A stretch of DNA of 64,000 nucleotides from assembly GCA_044225555.1 (NCBI GenBank), contig JBGAIM010000001.1:476479-540478 (forward strand), given 5' to 3'. The translations under genes were made by a program, and so were the position numbers. Each line of letters starts with the position of its first letter. The stretch's first letter is position 1. Positions 47,973-58,077 of the stretch are shown here, one piece after another. Source of the DNA: Limisphaerales bacterium. Its GTDB lineage: Bacteria > Verrucomicrobiota > Verrucomicrobiia > Limisphaerales > JADLHS01. Under the pieces are notes generated by a model, which was given only the letters and a program-made list of their open reading frames with translations, had not been told where the DNA came from and did no database searches.

Positions 47973-49337
47973 TTACTTCTTGTCCTTCTCGTCCTTCTCT
48001 CCGCCCTTCAGGCCACCGCCGCCCTTGACCACTTTCTTGCCGTCCTCCAGTTCCTTGTTCACCGCTTTGTAGTTGCCGGTGACGATTTCCTGCTCCTCGC
48101 TCAGCCCTTCAACAATTTCGTAGTAGTCCGCATCACTCACCCCCAGCTTGACGGGCACTTGTTTGACCTTCTCGGCCTCGACCACGAAAACCACTTCCAT
48201 CGGCTTCACGGACTCCTTGGATTTCTTTTCGGAAGCGGCCCCATTTGTGCCAGCCAGTGCGACGGTGGTAACAGCAGAATTCGTCGTTGTGACCGGGGTG
48301 GAATTGGTGTGCGCGCCGGATGGCGAATTGGTTCCCGAGTTGGCCGGCTTGGGTAGACGCGTCGTCACCGCGGCGATGGGTACCGTCAGCGCGTTCGTCC
48401 GGTAACGCGTCTCGATCTCCGTATTGACCGACATGCCGGGCCGGAAATTTTCCTTCTCCGTGATGCGGATGCGCACCTCGAACTTGGTGGCATCCGTGCT
48501 CTGCGCGGCCGCGACGCTGGCGCCTTTCGCCGAATTGGCAATCTCCGTCACGGTGCCGCTGAACTTGCGGTCCTTGAACGCGTCCACCTCCAGCCGCGCG
48601 CGCTGGCCGGGCTTGATCAACACCACGTCCATCTCACCGATGTCCACGCGCGCCTCCATCTCGTTGAGATCGGCAATCGTCATCACATCCGTGCCCGCCA
48701 TCGTGGCCGTGCCGACCACGCGTTCGCCGACCTGCGAGTTCAGCTTGCTGATCGTTCCGTCGAGCGGCGAGACAATGGTCGTCTTGCTCAGATCGTCTTC
48801 GGCCCGGGCGAGTTGGGCGCGCGACATCTCGATCTGATGCGTGGCGCTCGTCAGTTGCGCCTTCGCGATGGTGAAAGCCGTTTCCATCTCGGTGAATACC
48901 GACTCGGAGATTAGCTTGTTCTTGAACAGTTCCTCGTTGCGTTTGAACTCGGCTTCGGCTTTGGCGAGGTTCGCCTCGGAGACGGATTTGCTGGCCATGG
49001 CGGAACGATAACTGGCCTCGGCCTGGTTCCGGCTGGCGACGTAGAAATCCGGTTTGATCTTCAAAATCAGATCACCCTTCTTCACGGCCTGGCCTTCCTT
49101 CACCGGCAGGTCAATGATTTCACCGCTGACCTCCGGGCTGATCTTCACCTGCAACACCGGCTGAATCTTACCGTTGGCCACGACCAGTTCGGTCAGGTCG
49201 CGCCGTTTGACCTTGTCCGTCTGGACGCTGATGGCGTCGTCGCGTTTGCGGAACACCGCGGCGAGGGTCAGCGCCACGAGGACCACGGCGATGATGGTGA
49301 AAATAATGAGCTTGCGACGTTTCTTGGGGTTGGCCAT
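47973..49337 (-). CDS. Efflux membrane-fusion (periplasmic adaptor) protein
   Basis: N-terminal TM, G.I.P...V.ISPEVSG.I..L.VKEG..VKKG, SPLDGTI, RPGMS; ATG 49337. Confidence 0.92.
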   Translation of the reverse strand: MANPKKRRKLIIFTIIAVVLVALTLAAVFRKRDDAISVQTDKVKRRDLTELVVANGKIQPVLQVKISPEVSGEIIDLPVKEGQAVKKGDLILKIKPDFYVASRNQAEASYRSAMASKSVSEANLAKAEAEFKRNEELFKNKLISESVFTEMETAFTIAKAQLTSATHQIEMSRAQLARAEDDLSKTTIVSPLDGTISKLNSQVGERVVGTATMAGTDVMTIADLNEMEARVDIGEMDVVLIKPGQRARLEVDAFKDRKFSGTVTEIANSAKGASVAAAQSTDATKFEVRIRITEKENFRPGMSVNTEIETRYRTNALTVPIAAVTTRLPKPANSGTNSPSGAHTNSTPVTTTNSAVTTVALAGTNGAASEKKSKESVKPMEVVFVVEAEKVKQVPVKLGVSDADYYEIVEGLSEEQEIVTGNYKAVNKELEDGKKVVKGGGGLKGGEKDEKDKK

Positions 49338-49422
49338 GTGATTGATTTTCCCTGAATACAGACACTTCAGGGTGGGAATTGTTTCATGGGAATGTGTGTT
49401 TGCTGACTTGGAAGCGTCTCGG

Positions 49423-50205
49423 CTACAGCGCGAATTGTCCCATGCCAATTGCAATGAAAAACAGAGAAATTGCGACCCAATAGATCAAAAAGTAAACGGT
49501 CGCCCGGCCAAAGGATGTTCCCGTGAGCCGTGCCAGCCCCAGGCCCGTCACCGCCACGAACCAGAAGTTAAACCCGTTCACCGCAGCCAGCAGAAAATGC
49601 TTCTTGTTGGTGATGTCAAACTCGCTGACCAGCAAGGCCAGACTCGCCGAGGCAAACATCTTCCCAAAAATCACCATCAGCAGCAGTGCCACGATCCCGC
49701 CCAGCACGACGATGATACTGGACAGCCCCGCGACCTCGACCGCTTTCATGTACGGAACATCCACCTTCAGAAACCACTTGGCGATCAACCACAACACCAG
49801 CGCCCACCAGAACAACTTGACGAAGCTCATGAACACCGCCGAGACCGCACCGATCACTTTCATAATCGGCCCGGTGAATTTTTGCGTCATCTCCATCGCC
49901 TGATCGGCCTGCTGCTGGGTCATCTTTCCGGCCTTCACCTGCTGTTCAAAGGCTTTCTCCTGTTGCGCACGCATTTGCCGCTGGATCGCCGGTTGCGAAA
50001 ACATCACCAGGGTGAAGACGATCCCGAGGACACTGGCAATGAGCGCCGGGACCACCCAGTTGGAAGTTGTCGGGGGTGTCGCCTTGACTTCGTCAAACAC
50101 CTCGCCTGGCGAGGCGATCACATTCATCAGCTTGGCGGGCAGCGACGTTTCCCGGGTGGCCGGTGTGGGCGGCGGCAATTCCATGTTGGGTGGCGTTTGA
50201 TCCAT
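49423..50205 (-). CDS. Yip1-domain membrane protein (YknW-like)
   Basis: NVIASPGEVF..V, W..P; five TM segments; first gene of the MFP-ABC operon. Confidence 0.8.
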   Translation of the reverse strand: MDQTPPNMELPPPTPATRETSLPAKLMNVIASPGEVFDEVKATPPTTSNWVVPALIASVLGIVFTLVMFSQPAIQRQMRAQQEKAFEQQVKAGKMTQQQADQAMEMTQKFTGPIMKVIGAVSAVFMSFVKLFWWALVLWLIAKWFLKVDVPYMKAVEVAGLSSIIVVLGGIVALLLMVIFGKMFASASLALLVSEFDITNKKHFLLAAVNGFNFWFVAVTGLGLARLTGTSFGRATVYFLIYWVAISLFFIAIGMGQFAL

Positions 50206-50252
50206 ATAAAGGCCAAGGACGCTCGAGTTTGTGGGTAATGCTGAATCCAGTT

Positions 50253-50326
50253 TGGCTGTCCGACATGGATTCGAACCATGACAAAGGCCTCCAAAGGGCC
50301 TTGTGCTACCATTACACCATCGGACA
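50253..50326 (-). tRNA. tRNA-Gln(TTG)
   Basis: TGTCCGA...TCGGACA-G-CCA, anticodon stem AGGCC-CTTTGGA-GGCCT, GGTTCGAATCC. Confidence 0.96.
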
Positions 50327-50411
50327 AACCGCCATCAAACTAGCCACCCCGCTCCGCCCTGCAAAGCAAAAACCATCCCCCCGCTCGCCGCCGTTGGTGG
50401 GTGGGTTGGTG

Positions 50412-50446
50412 GATGTTGGGTGTTCGATGTTGAATGTTGAATGTTC
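50412..50446 (+). repeat. Tandem heptamer repeat (RRTGTTS)x5
   Basis: GATGTTG GGTGTTC GATGTTG AATGTTG AATGTTC. Confidence 0.8.
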
Positions 50447-50465
50447 TCCGCTTTAACCTCCCCTC

Positions 50466-51032
50466 ATGAGTTTGCTCCAACGCACGATTGACGATTCCGT
50501 GGCCAGCCTGCGCACCCTGACCGCGCTCGAAGCCCCGCTCAATTGCGCCGCCACCATGGTTTCCCAATGCCTCCGCTCAGGCCACAAACTCCTCGTCTGC
50601 GGCAACGGCGGCAGCGCATCGGACGCCACCCATCTCGCGACCGAATTCCTCTGCCGCTTCATGGATGACCGCCGCCCCTATCCCGCCATTTCACTCACCG
50701 CCAATGGTGAATACATGACCGCCGTCTGCAACGACTACGGCGCGGACGAAATCTTCGCCCGCCAAGTCTGGGGTTTGGGTCAGAAAGGCGACGTGCTCAT
50801 CGCCTTCACCACCAGTGGAAAATCCAAGAACGTTCTCCGCGCCCTTGAAGAAGCAAAGCGCGCCAGCATCGAGAGCATCTGCTTTCTCGGTCGCGACGGC
50901 GGTTTCACGAAAGGCATCGCCACACTGGACATAATTGTCCCCGGCAATGTGACCGCGCGCATCCAGGAAGCGCACAAACTTTTGTTCCACGTCCTCTGCG
51001 AAACCGTCGAGCGCGACCTGCCGCGACAGTAA
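50466..51032 (+). CDS. gmhA: SIS-domain sedoheptulose-7-phosphate isomerase
   Basis: CGNGGSASDA.H, NDYG...IFARQV, TSG.S.NV, TARIQEAH...H..C. Confidence 0.9.
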   Translation: MSLLQRTIDDSVASLRTLTALEAPLNCAATMVSQCLRSGHKLLVCGNGGSASDATHLATEFLCRFMDDRRPYPAISLTANGEYMTAVCNDYGADEIFARQVWGLGQKGDVLIAFTTSGKSKNVLRALEEAKRASIESICFLGRDGGFTKGIATLDIIVPGNVTARIQEAHKLLFHVLCETVERDLPRQ

Positions 51033-51105
51033 CCGCCCATCTCCTAACTCCTTCCCGCACCAACAAACGCTGGACAGCAGTTTCCGTCCGGCCTACGGTC
51101 GGTTT

Positions 51106-51351
51106 ATGGTGAGCACTCTGATTTCCGTATTGATCTTCCTGATTACTCTGACACTTGCGATTGTTTCATTTGCATCGGCTTGGATTGGTATTAGAAAGCA
51201 CCGGGTATATCTTGGCCCATCGCTGCCGCCTGTAACTCTTGACGCTCGACCCGTGGCGTTTGTTGCATGGTGTTTGTTCTACATTGGGTTTGGGATTTTC
51301 TTTTCAGCCATTTCGATTGGCCTGCTCTTGAAGGGATTGATGAATCTATGA
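51106..51351 (+). CDS. Small hypothetical membrane protein (lower GC)
   Basis: 81 aa, two hydrophobic helices, AT-richer than flanks. Confidence 0.55.
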   Translation: MVSTLISVLIFLITLTLAIVSFASAWIGIRKHRVYLGPSLPPVTLDARPVAFVAWCLFYIGFGIFFSAISIGLLLKGLMNL

Positions 51352-51570
51352 TCCCCAACAAAGGATAGGCTACAGAGAGACACGAGATTCAGGAGCGACG
51401 CGCGCTTCTTGTTCATACCCGGAGTTGCATCAGGGCTACAGCCAATAAATACCAGATTGAGTTCAACCCCAAAACCCAGGCTCGCTTTCAACGAACCAAA
51501 CGAAGAAGTCATGACGGACACGCTTGTCCGAATCTGGCAACGCACCAGCCTCCGACCCAGCTCGCCCCGT

Positions 51571-53256
51571 TCACTCTCCGCCAAGACTCTCCCGAAGCGA
51601 TTCGACCTTGTGCCAGCGATGCTTCGTCAGCGCCGCCGCTGTGCCGAGCGCGAACAAAACGAAACTCCCAATCACCGCCAACACACCCACTGGAGTCGTT
51701 TGCGTCTTGATCACGACGAAGTTGAGCGGATGACATAGCGTCACCATTCCCGCGGCGATGGGTATCACCAGGGGCCGCCAGATTTGGAACAGGAATCCGC
51801 GTCCCCACCACACCAGCACCATCACGCTCGCCATCACGAGTGGTTGAACAAACCCCACACCCGTTCGCGCCCACACAAACGTCTGCACCACCCACAGCGA
51901 CGCCATCACCACCCGCACCGCGCCCGCGCCCTGATGTTCGTAGTCCCGCCAGCGCAAGCTGTGCAGCAGGAAGTAAACAAACCCCGCTTGCGCCGCCCAA
52001 TGCAGATTGTCCGCGTGCCCTTCGCGCAACAGCCCGCCCGCCAGCGCCACCACGATCGCGCCGACAATCGCCAGCTTGGGATTACGCGAGAGCGCCGTGG
52101 CGATGGCCAGATATGCCAGCACCGCGCCGCCGATGAGATTCATCCGGTCGAACCCACCCACGACCGGATGCACCACCTCGACCGGCAGCGCGGAAATCAT
52201 GGACGCCAGCGAAATCATCGTCAGTTGCAACGCGAGCCGGTTGCCGCGCTCGCGCCAGAGCACAATGGCAAACCCAATGAAGTTCAGCAGCGCCAGCACG
52301 CAGAAGACGTTACTCCCGACGACCAAAGCCGGAACGAACATCGTCAGGAGTGGTAAAACCAAAATCGCTTTGCGCAACAGTTCGGATGGCGTCGCGACAA
52401 AATCTGTGAGCCGCAACCCCAAAGTCCACGCCAGCACCCAGAGCACGGGCGCGAGCAATTCACGGCGCAGCGGGAAATCGTACACGTAGCCGAGCGCGTA
52501 GAGATGCACCCCCGTCGCCACAATCCAGAACAGGAAGAGCGTCATCGGAAACCAGCGGCGGACGCGTGTCTCCCGATTGTCAGCTTCCGGGCGTGGCATC
52601 AGATTCGCCACCATTGCGAGCGCGGGAAAAACCCAGAACCAAACCGCATCGTTCAGTATCCACGCCGGCTCGGTTTCCAGACCCACGCCCTTCCTGGTTT
52701 CCTGAAAATGCCGATACACGATGGGCAGTGCCGTGTTCATCGCCAGCACCGCCGAACCGCATAGCAATGCCCGCCACGACGGCATGAGTTGTCCCGCGCG
52801 CAAACGCAACCAGACCGCCCGGCCCACTGCCAGCGCCGCCGCCAGCAAACAAAGTTTCCACGTCGTCTGTTGTTCGATCAACGCCGCCTGGCTCACCAAA
52901 ATGAACGGCACGATCCACAACATGTTTTCCAGCACCACCAGCAATGTCGCGTCGTACCAAATCCGCCGCGCCACCAGCACCATTGCTGTGCCCGCCAGCA
53001 GCAGTTCATACAACTGGAGCGAGGAGAAGTTGAACGTAAGCTGCCCCACCTCCGTCGTGAGAAAATTTGGATCGCAGGAGACACGGTAAACGCCGTAGAG
53101 CAACAGCGCCGCACTGGCGAGATAGAACGGATTGCACACAAACAGCCGCTTCAACCAATAGCCGATCGTTCGCTGCGGTGGTCGTGGAATGAACGGTTTG
53201 CTGGCGAGCGGTGGAAGGTTTGGATTCGGTTCAGAGAACTCGTTCTGCTCATTCAT
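51571..53256 (-). CDS. Hypothetical polytopic membrane protein
   Basis: ~560 aa, many TM segments, NPFYL.SA motif, GGAGGAG SD before ATG 53256. Confidence 0.75.
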   Translation of the reverse strand: MNEQNEFSEPNPNLPPLASKPFIPRPPQRTIGYWLKRLFVCNPFYLASAALLLYGVYRVSCDPNFLTTEVGQLTFNFSSLQLYELLLAGTAMVLVARRIWYDATLLVVLENMLWIVPFILVSQAALIEQQTTWKLCLLAAALAVGRAVWLRLRAGQLMPSWRALLCGSAVLAMNTALPIVYRHFQETRKGVGLETEPAWILNDAVWFWVFPALAMVANLMPRPEADNRETRVRRWFPMTLFLFWIVATGVHLYALGYVYDFPLRRELLAPVLWVLAWTLGLRLTDFVATPSELLRKAILVLPLLTMFVPALVVGSNVFCVLALLNFIGFAIVLWRERGNRLALQLTMISLASMISALPVEVVHPVVGGFDRMNLIGGAVLAYLAIATALSRNPKLAIVGAIVVALAGGLLREGHADNLHWAAQAGFVYFLLHSLRWRDYEHQGAGAVRVVMASLWVVQTFVWARTGVGFVQPLVMASVMVLVWWGRGFLFQIWRPLVIPIAAGMVTLCHPLNFVVIKTQTTPVGVLAVIGSFVLFALGTAAALTKHRWHKVESLRESLGGE

Positions 53257-53403
53257 AACTCCTCCGCTGGGTTTGGTTTTTCGACTCGGCTGTCTGAAAC
53301 TCATTTAGCATCGCCCGGGCCAATGCGTAATGTGCGTCAATCTGCACACCCACTCTCCCCTTTCGCGGCATCTTCACGCAACCGCGCGTGAGCTTCGCTC
53401 AAC

Positions 53404-53539
53404 GGAGCGCCGTCCTCCGATCCGGCGCGTTCGTGCGGGTACCGGTATTTGCGCGCGCCAGCGTCTTGGACTGCGGCAGCCCTCTGCCGCTTTGGAATTC
53501 GTGGACTCACGAGGGCGGCAGAGGGCTGCTGCAGTCCAA
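53404..53539. repeat. REP-like palindromic elements
   Basis: GGAGCGCCG...CGGCGC at 53404, and 25-bp inverted arms TTGGACTGCGGCAGCCCTCTGCCGC (53466) / GCGGCAGAGGGCTGCTGCAGTCCAA (53515). Confidence 0.75.
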
Positions 53540-53604
53540 AACCTATCGGAACAATCCCGCCGTAGTTTTGACTTCGCCTCCCACTTCCCCTAGCCTCGGC
53601 TTGT

Positions 53605-54897
53605 ATGAAAATTGTCCGTTTCACCGATGCTGACTTCGCCGACCAACTCCGCGAAGTCACCACGCCCTCCAGCTTGTTCGACCCCGAGATCGAACAACGC
53701 ACCCGCGCCATCCTCGACGACGTGCAAGCGCGCGGAGACGACGCGTTGGTGGAACTGACCGAGCGTTTCGATGGCGCAACGCTCACTCCGGAACAACTCG
53801 CCGTAACCAGCGAAGAACTCCTGGCCGCATCACTGAAAGCAGATTTATCCCTCCGCGCTGTCGTCGCCGAAGCGGAGAAGAACATTGCCAACTTCGCGAA
53901 GAAATCCCGGCGCAAGGACTGGCAGACAATAAACTCCCACGGTGCAAAAGTGGGCGAGAAGTTTGATCCGTTCCAGCGCGTCGGCGTTTACGTCCCCGGC
54001 GGCACCGCGCCGCTCGTCTCGACGGCGCTCATGACCATCACACTCGCCAAGGTCGCTGGCTGCCAGGACATCGTCGTCTGCACACCGTGTGGCAAGGATG
54101 GTTCGATCAATCCGGCGCTGCTGTTCGCGGCGCGGGCGGCGGGTGCGACGGAGATTTATCGCGTCGGTGGCGCGCAGGCGATTGGCGCGATGGCTTACGG
54201 CACGAAGACCATTCGCCGCGTGCAAAAGATTTTCGGCCCGGGCAACGCCTACGTCAGCATGGCCAAACGCCTGCTTGTCGGGCGCGTGGCCATAGATCTG
54301 CTGGCCGGCCCGAGCGATCTGCTGGTGCTCACCGACGACACCGCCAATCCCAAGTTCGCCGCCGCCGACCTGCTCGCCCAGGCCGAACACGGCTCCGGCC
54401 ACGAACGCGTCTGGCTCGTCACCACCTCGGCCAAAGTGCTCAAAGCCGTGGAGAAAGAACTCGCGCGACAATCGCCCAAGCTCGCCCGGCGCGAATTCAT
54501 CCAGCGCGTGCTGGACCGCAATCTCTGGCTGATTCAAGTGAAGACGCCGGCGGACGCCGTAGCGCTCACGAACCAGATTGCTCCCGAGCACTGTGAAGTC
54601 ATCACGCGCGACGCACGCAAGTTGAGCGGTAAAATCGTCACTGCCGGCGCGATCTTCCTCGGCAATTATTCCCCGACCGCGCTCGGCGATTACGTGGCCG
54701 GTCCGAGCCACTGTCTGCCGACCGACGGCGCGGGTGCATCCTTCGCCGGCCTGACCGTGGACCAATTCCAACGCCGCACCAGCCTCGTCGAATACAACAA
54801 AGCCTCACTCAAGAGAGCCCTGCCCGCCGTGCAGAAGTTTGCACAGCTGGAAGGCTTGGGGGCGCACGGTCAATCGGCTTTTGCTCGCTTTGATTGA
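53605..54897 (+). CDS. hisD: Histidinol dehydrogenase
   Basis: VGVYVPGG.A, GGAQAI.AMAYGT, GPGN.YV, DLLAQAEH, APEH, GDY.AGPSH.LPT. Confidence 0.96.
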   Translation: MKIVRFTDADFADQLREVTTPSSLFDPEIEQRTRAILDDVQARGDDALVELTERFDGATLTPEQLAVTSEELLAASLKADLSLRAVVAEAEKNIANFAKKSRRKDWQTINSHGAKVGEKFDPFQRVGVYVPGGTAPLVSTALMTITLAKVAGCQDIVVCTPCGKDGSINPALLFAARAAGATEIYRVGGAQAIGAMAYGTKTIRRVQKIFGPGNAYVSMAKRLLVGRVAIDLLAGPSDLLVLTDDTANPKFAAADLLAQAEHGSGHERVWLVTTSAKVLKAVEKELARQSPKLARREFIQRVLDRNLWLIQVKTPADAVALTNQIAPEHCEVITRDARKLSGKIVTAGAIFLGNYSPTALGDYVAGPSHCLPTDGAGASFAGLTVDQFQRRTSLVEYNKASLKRALPAVQKFAQLEGLGAHGQSAFARFD

Positions 54898-54907
54898 AAC
54901 ACCAGTT

Positions 54908-55318
54908 ATGCCGATCAAGCGCGTTTACGAGATAAACGGAGATGCCTTTTCAACGTTGGAAGAGTTCTACGAAGAGGTGAGCCGGAAGGTTATTCCGGAA
55001 GCCTCATGGGGACGCGGGTTGGATGCCTTCAATGACATCTTACGCGGCGGTTTTGGCACGCCCGACGAAGGTTTTGTCTTACGATGGAGTAATTCCGAAC
55101 TATCCAAACGACGGCTGAACTATAAAGAAACCGTTCGCCAACTTGAACTACGCTTGCAGCGTTGCCATCCGACCAACCGTGATTATGTAGCGGCGGACCT
55201 TGGGCGTGCCAAGAAGGGGATGGGGCCAACCGTGTTTGATTGGATCGTGGAGATAATTCAAGATCACGGCGTCGGTGGGGAAGAATCAGAAGACGGTGTG
55301 GAACTCGAACTGAAGTGA
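54908..55318 (+). CDS. Barstar-family (RNase inhibitor-like) protein
   Basis: I.G....TLEEFY........WGR.LDAFND.L.GGFG; lower GC. Confidence 0.82.
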   Translation: MPIKRVYEINGDAFSTLEEFYEEVSRKVIPEASWGRGLDAFNDILRGGFGTPDEGFVLRWSNSELSKRRLNYKETVRQLELRLQRCHPTNRDYVAADLGRAKKGMGPTVFDWIVEIIQDHGVGGEESEDGVELELK

Positions 55319-56583
55319 AATCCTCGCGTGAGAGCGATCCGATTCGAGCGGGATATACTGCGCAAACCTACCGCTACGAACGGTGGCGGGCGATTTCTGC
55401 GGGCATCCTCGAATCCGCGGGCGGCACGTTTCTTCTCCTCATCGCGGTGCGCTGGTTTCAAGCTGGCTCGCTCGCCAAAGCGCTGGTCGCCGGCGGTGGC
55501 AGTTTCGGTTTGATGCTCGGTCCGTGGCTCGTGGCCCGGGTGGAAAGCTCCGGCTGGCCCGTGGCCAAAGCCGCCTCCCGCATGGCAGTGGTAGGTGCGC
55601 TGGGCTTCGTGATCATGGCGCTGTTTCCAGTGCTGCCGGTATTTGTCCTCGGCGCGGTCATCACCATGGCGGCCAGTTCGGCGGCGGTGCCGTTGATGAC
55701 GCAGATTTACCAGGAGAACTATCCCGCGCGCGAACGGGGCAAATTGTTTTCGCGCACGTTCATGATCCGCATCGCCACGGCGGCGGTGTTCAGCGAGCTG
55801 GCCGGACGCTTCCTCGTCAGCAACCTGGAATTCTTCCGCTGGTTGTTGGTGGTGTTCGCGGCGGCATTCGCCCTCGCGAGCTTTTGCCTGGCGCGGGTGC
55901 CCTCGCAGGCCCTGGCGGTCTCGGGCGGCACGCATCCGTTCCGCGCCTTGCGCTTCGTGCGCGATGACGCGTTGTTCCGCCGCACGTTGATCATGTGGAT
56001 GCTCATGGGCTTTGCGAATCTCATGATCATCCCGCTGCGCGTCGAATATCTGGCGAACCCAAAGTATGGCGTGACCTGGGCCGGGCAGACCCTTACGACG
56101 GCGCAAATCGCCCTGCTCGTCGGCGTGATTCCCAATCTCGCGCGGCTGGTGATGAGTCCGGTGTGGGGACGGCTGTTCGACCGGATGAATTTCTTCGTGC
56201 TGCGCATCGTGCTGAACACCGGCTTCGCGCTGGGCATGTTGTCGTTCTTCGGCGGCTCGCACATTGCCTGGCTGGTCGTGGGCGCGATCATCTACGGCAT
56301 CTCGAACGCGGGCGGCGACGTGGCGTGGAGTTTGTGGGTGACGAAGTTCGCGCCGCCTGAGCGCGTGGCGGATTACATGAGCGTCCACACCTTCTTCACC
56401 GGACTGCGCGGCGTGCTCGCTCCGGTGGTGGCGTTTCAACTCGTCGCCCACTTCTCGCTGTCGGCCATCAGTTGGCTGGGGGCGATTATGATCGTGCTGG
56501 CGACGCTGTTGTTGATTCCGGAGATCAAGTTCGGCAAAGGCGCACGCCCGGGCGCGGCACTCACCGAGGAAGTTTCGGAATAA
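55315..56583 (+). CDS. MFS transporter
   Basis: ~12 TM segments, YP..ERGK, WG.LFDR, P.ER...Y; GTG overlapping the barstar stop. Confidence 0.85.
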   Translation: MKSSRESDPIRAGYTAQTYRYERWRAISAGILESAGGTFLLLIAVRWFQAGSLAKALVAGGGSFGLMLGPWLVARVESSGWPVAKAASRMAVVGALGFVIMALFPVLPVFVLGAVITMAASSAAVPLMTQIYQENYPARERGKLFSRTFMIRIATAAVFSELAGRFLVSNLEFFRWLLVVFAAAFALASFCLARVPSQALAVSGGTHPFRALRFVRDDALFRRTLIMWMLMGFANLMIIPLRVEYLANPKYGVTWAGQTLTTAQIALLVGVIPNLARLVMSPVWGRLFDRMNFFVLRIVLNTGFALGMLSFFGGSHIAWLVVGAIIYGISNAGGDVAWSLWVTKFAPPERVADYMSVHTFFTGLRGVLAPVVAFQLVAHFSLSAISWLGAIMIVLATLLLIPEIKFGKGARPGAALTEEVSE

Positions 56584-56586
56584 GAA

Positions 56587-57204
56587 TCAGCCGGGTTTGC
56601 CCAGCCAGGGCATCACGCGGAGGTGATCGCCGTTCAGGAACTCCTTCAGCAGTTCCAGATTCGTCCGGCTCGCGGCATCGGGTTTGGAGGGATTCACCAG
56701 CACCACGCGGGCGCGACGGGCAATCGTGCGCGGCAAGGCTGCCAACACGAGCCGCACCTGATTCACCGCGCCGAGCTTGTTCGGGCAAACGATGATCGGT
56801 GTCGCGTTCAGCGCCCGAATCAAATCGCGTGAGTCAAAATCCTCGCCCAGCGGACTGAGCAATCCACCCGCGCCTTCGACGATCACCACTTCAAATTTTT
56901 TTGCCACCCGCCCAATGTGGCTCACCACCGCACGGAGCCGCACCCGCTTCTTCTCTTTGCGCGCGGCCAGCACCGGTGCAAGCGCGGCGCGGAAATGCCA
57001 GGGGTTCACTTCGTCGAGCGGAACAACTTTTCCAGCGGCGGCCTGCAACAACCGCGCATCGTCGCGTCCGCCGGAGCAGATGGGTTTGAGAGCCACCACG
57101 CGCTGACTCTGTTGCCGCAGGAGAATGGCTGCGGTGGCGGCGAAGACGGTTTTGCCCACGCCGGTATCCGTGCCGCTGATAAAGAAAATGCGCGCCGGTT
57201 TCAT
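56587..57204 (-). CDS. bioD: Dethiobiotin synthetase
   Basis: FISGTDTGVGKT, KP..SG, VEGAGG..SP, LGA.N. Confidence 0.94.
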   Translation of the reverse strand: MKPARIFFISGTDTGVGKTVFAATAAILLRQQSQRVVALKPICSGGRDDARLLQAAAGKVVPLDEVNPWHFRAALAPVLAARKEKKRVRLRAVVSHIGRVAKKFEVVIVEGAGGLLSPLGEDFDSRDLIRALNATPIIVCPNKLGAVNQVRLVLAALPRTIARRARVVLVNPSKPDAASRTNLELLKEFLNGDHLRVMPWLGKPG

Positions 57205-57243
57205 GGCGGGGAACTCGCGACCAGGCGGCCGACGGCAATCCGC

Positions 57244-57918
57244 TTACTTTTTTTCGTCCCCTTCGAGGGAGGAAATGCCGTTGGCGATAGCAAACTTGGT
57301 GAGGCCAGCGACGCTGTGGATGTCCAGCTTGCGCATGATGCGCTCGCGATGCGTCTCGGTGGTGCGCACACCGATGCCGAGGTGCATGGCGATTTCCTTG
57401 TTGCTCTTGCCCTCGGCAATGAGCGCCAGGACTTCGCGTTCGCGATCGCTGAGTTTAGCCACGGGCCGGGATTCATCCGCGTCCGTGACGTATTGATTGA
57501 GGGCAATCTTGGCGACCGGACCGCTGAAGTAGGCTTCGCCGGAGTGAACGGTTTCGATGGCGCCGACGAGTTCGTCCGTCGGGGCATCCTTGAGCACATA
57601 GCCGCGCGCGCCGGCTTTGATGATGCGCAGGACGGAGTCGCGATTGCTCTGCATGGACAGAATGAGGACCTTGGCCTGCGGGGCTTCCTTGCGCAGGGTT
57701 TCCGTCACCGCCAAACCGTCCATCTCCGGCATCGAGATGTCCATGAGGACGATGTCCGGCGCGAGCTCCTTGACCAATTTCACCGCTTCATTGCCATTGG
57801 CCGCCTCGCCGACAATCTTGAGGTGTTCTTTTGATGACAGGCAGGACAGCAGGCCTTTCCGTACGACCGGATGGTCGTCCACGATGAGGACTTTGATTTT
57901 CTTCTTCGATACGCTCAT
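57244..57918 (-). CDS. NarL/LuxR-family response regulator
   Basis: IVDDHPVVR.G, MDISMP, LS.RE.EVL.LIA.G..NKEIA..L.I..RT.E.HR. Confidence 0.95.
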   Translation of the reverse strand: MSVSKKKIKVLIVDDHPVVRKGLLSCLSSKEHLKIVGEAANGNEAVKLVKELAPDIVLMDISMPEMDGLAVTETLRKEAPQAKVLILSMQSNRDSVLRIIKAGARGYVLKDAPTDELVGAIETVHSGEAYFSGPVAKIALNQYVTDADESRPVAKLSDREREVLALIAEGKSNKEIAMHLGIGVRTTETHRERIMRKLDIHSVAGLTKFAIANGISSLEGDEKK

Positions 57919-58077
57919 TTTCCCAAGCTCCTGAACTCTCCAGCGCCGCGAAACGTCTATTGGCGTGTTGGCTTAATACCACTCCCCCGGCGGTCAGGCA
58001 AGAAATCGTTCCACCGGCCAACGGCAGTGCTTGCCCGGAAACTTGCGCTTTCATTTCGTGGGCCTAAACTCCGCCGA

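Noticed and set aside
51348-51570. Possible gene remnants downstream of the small membrane ORF
   Set aside because: Only short interrupted frames; no family recognisable
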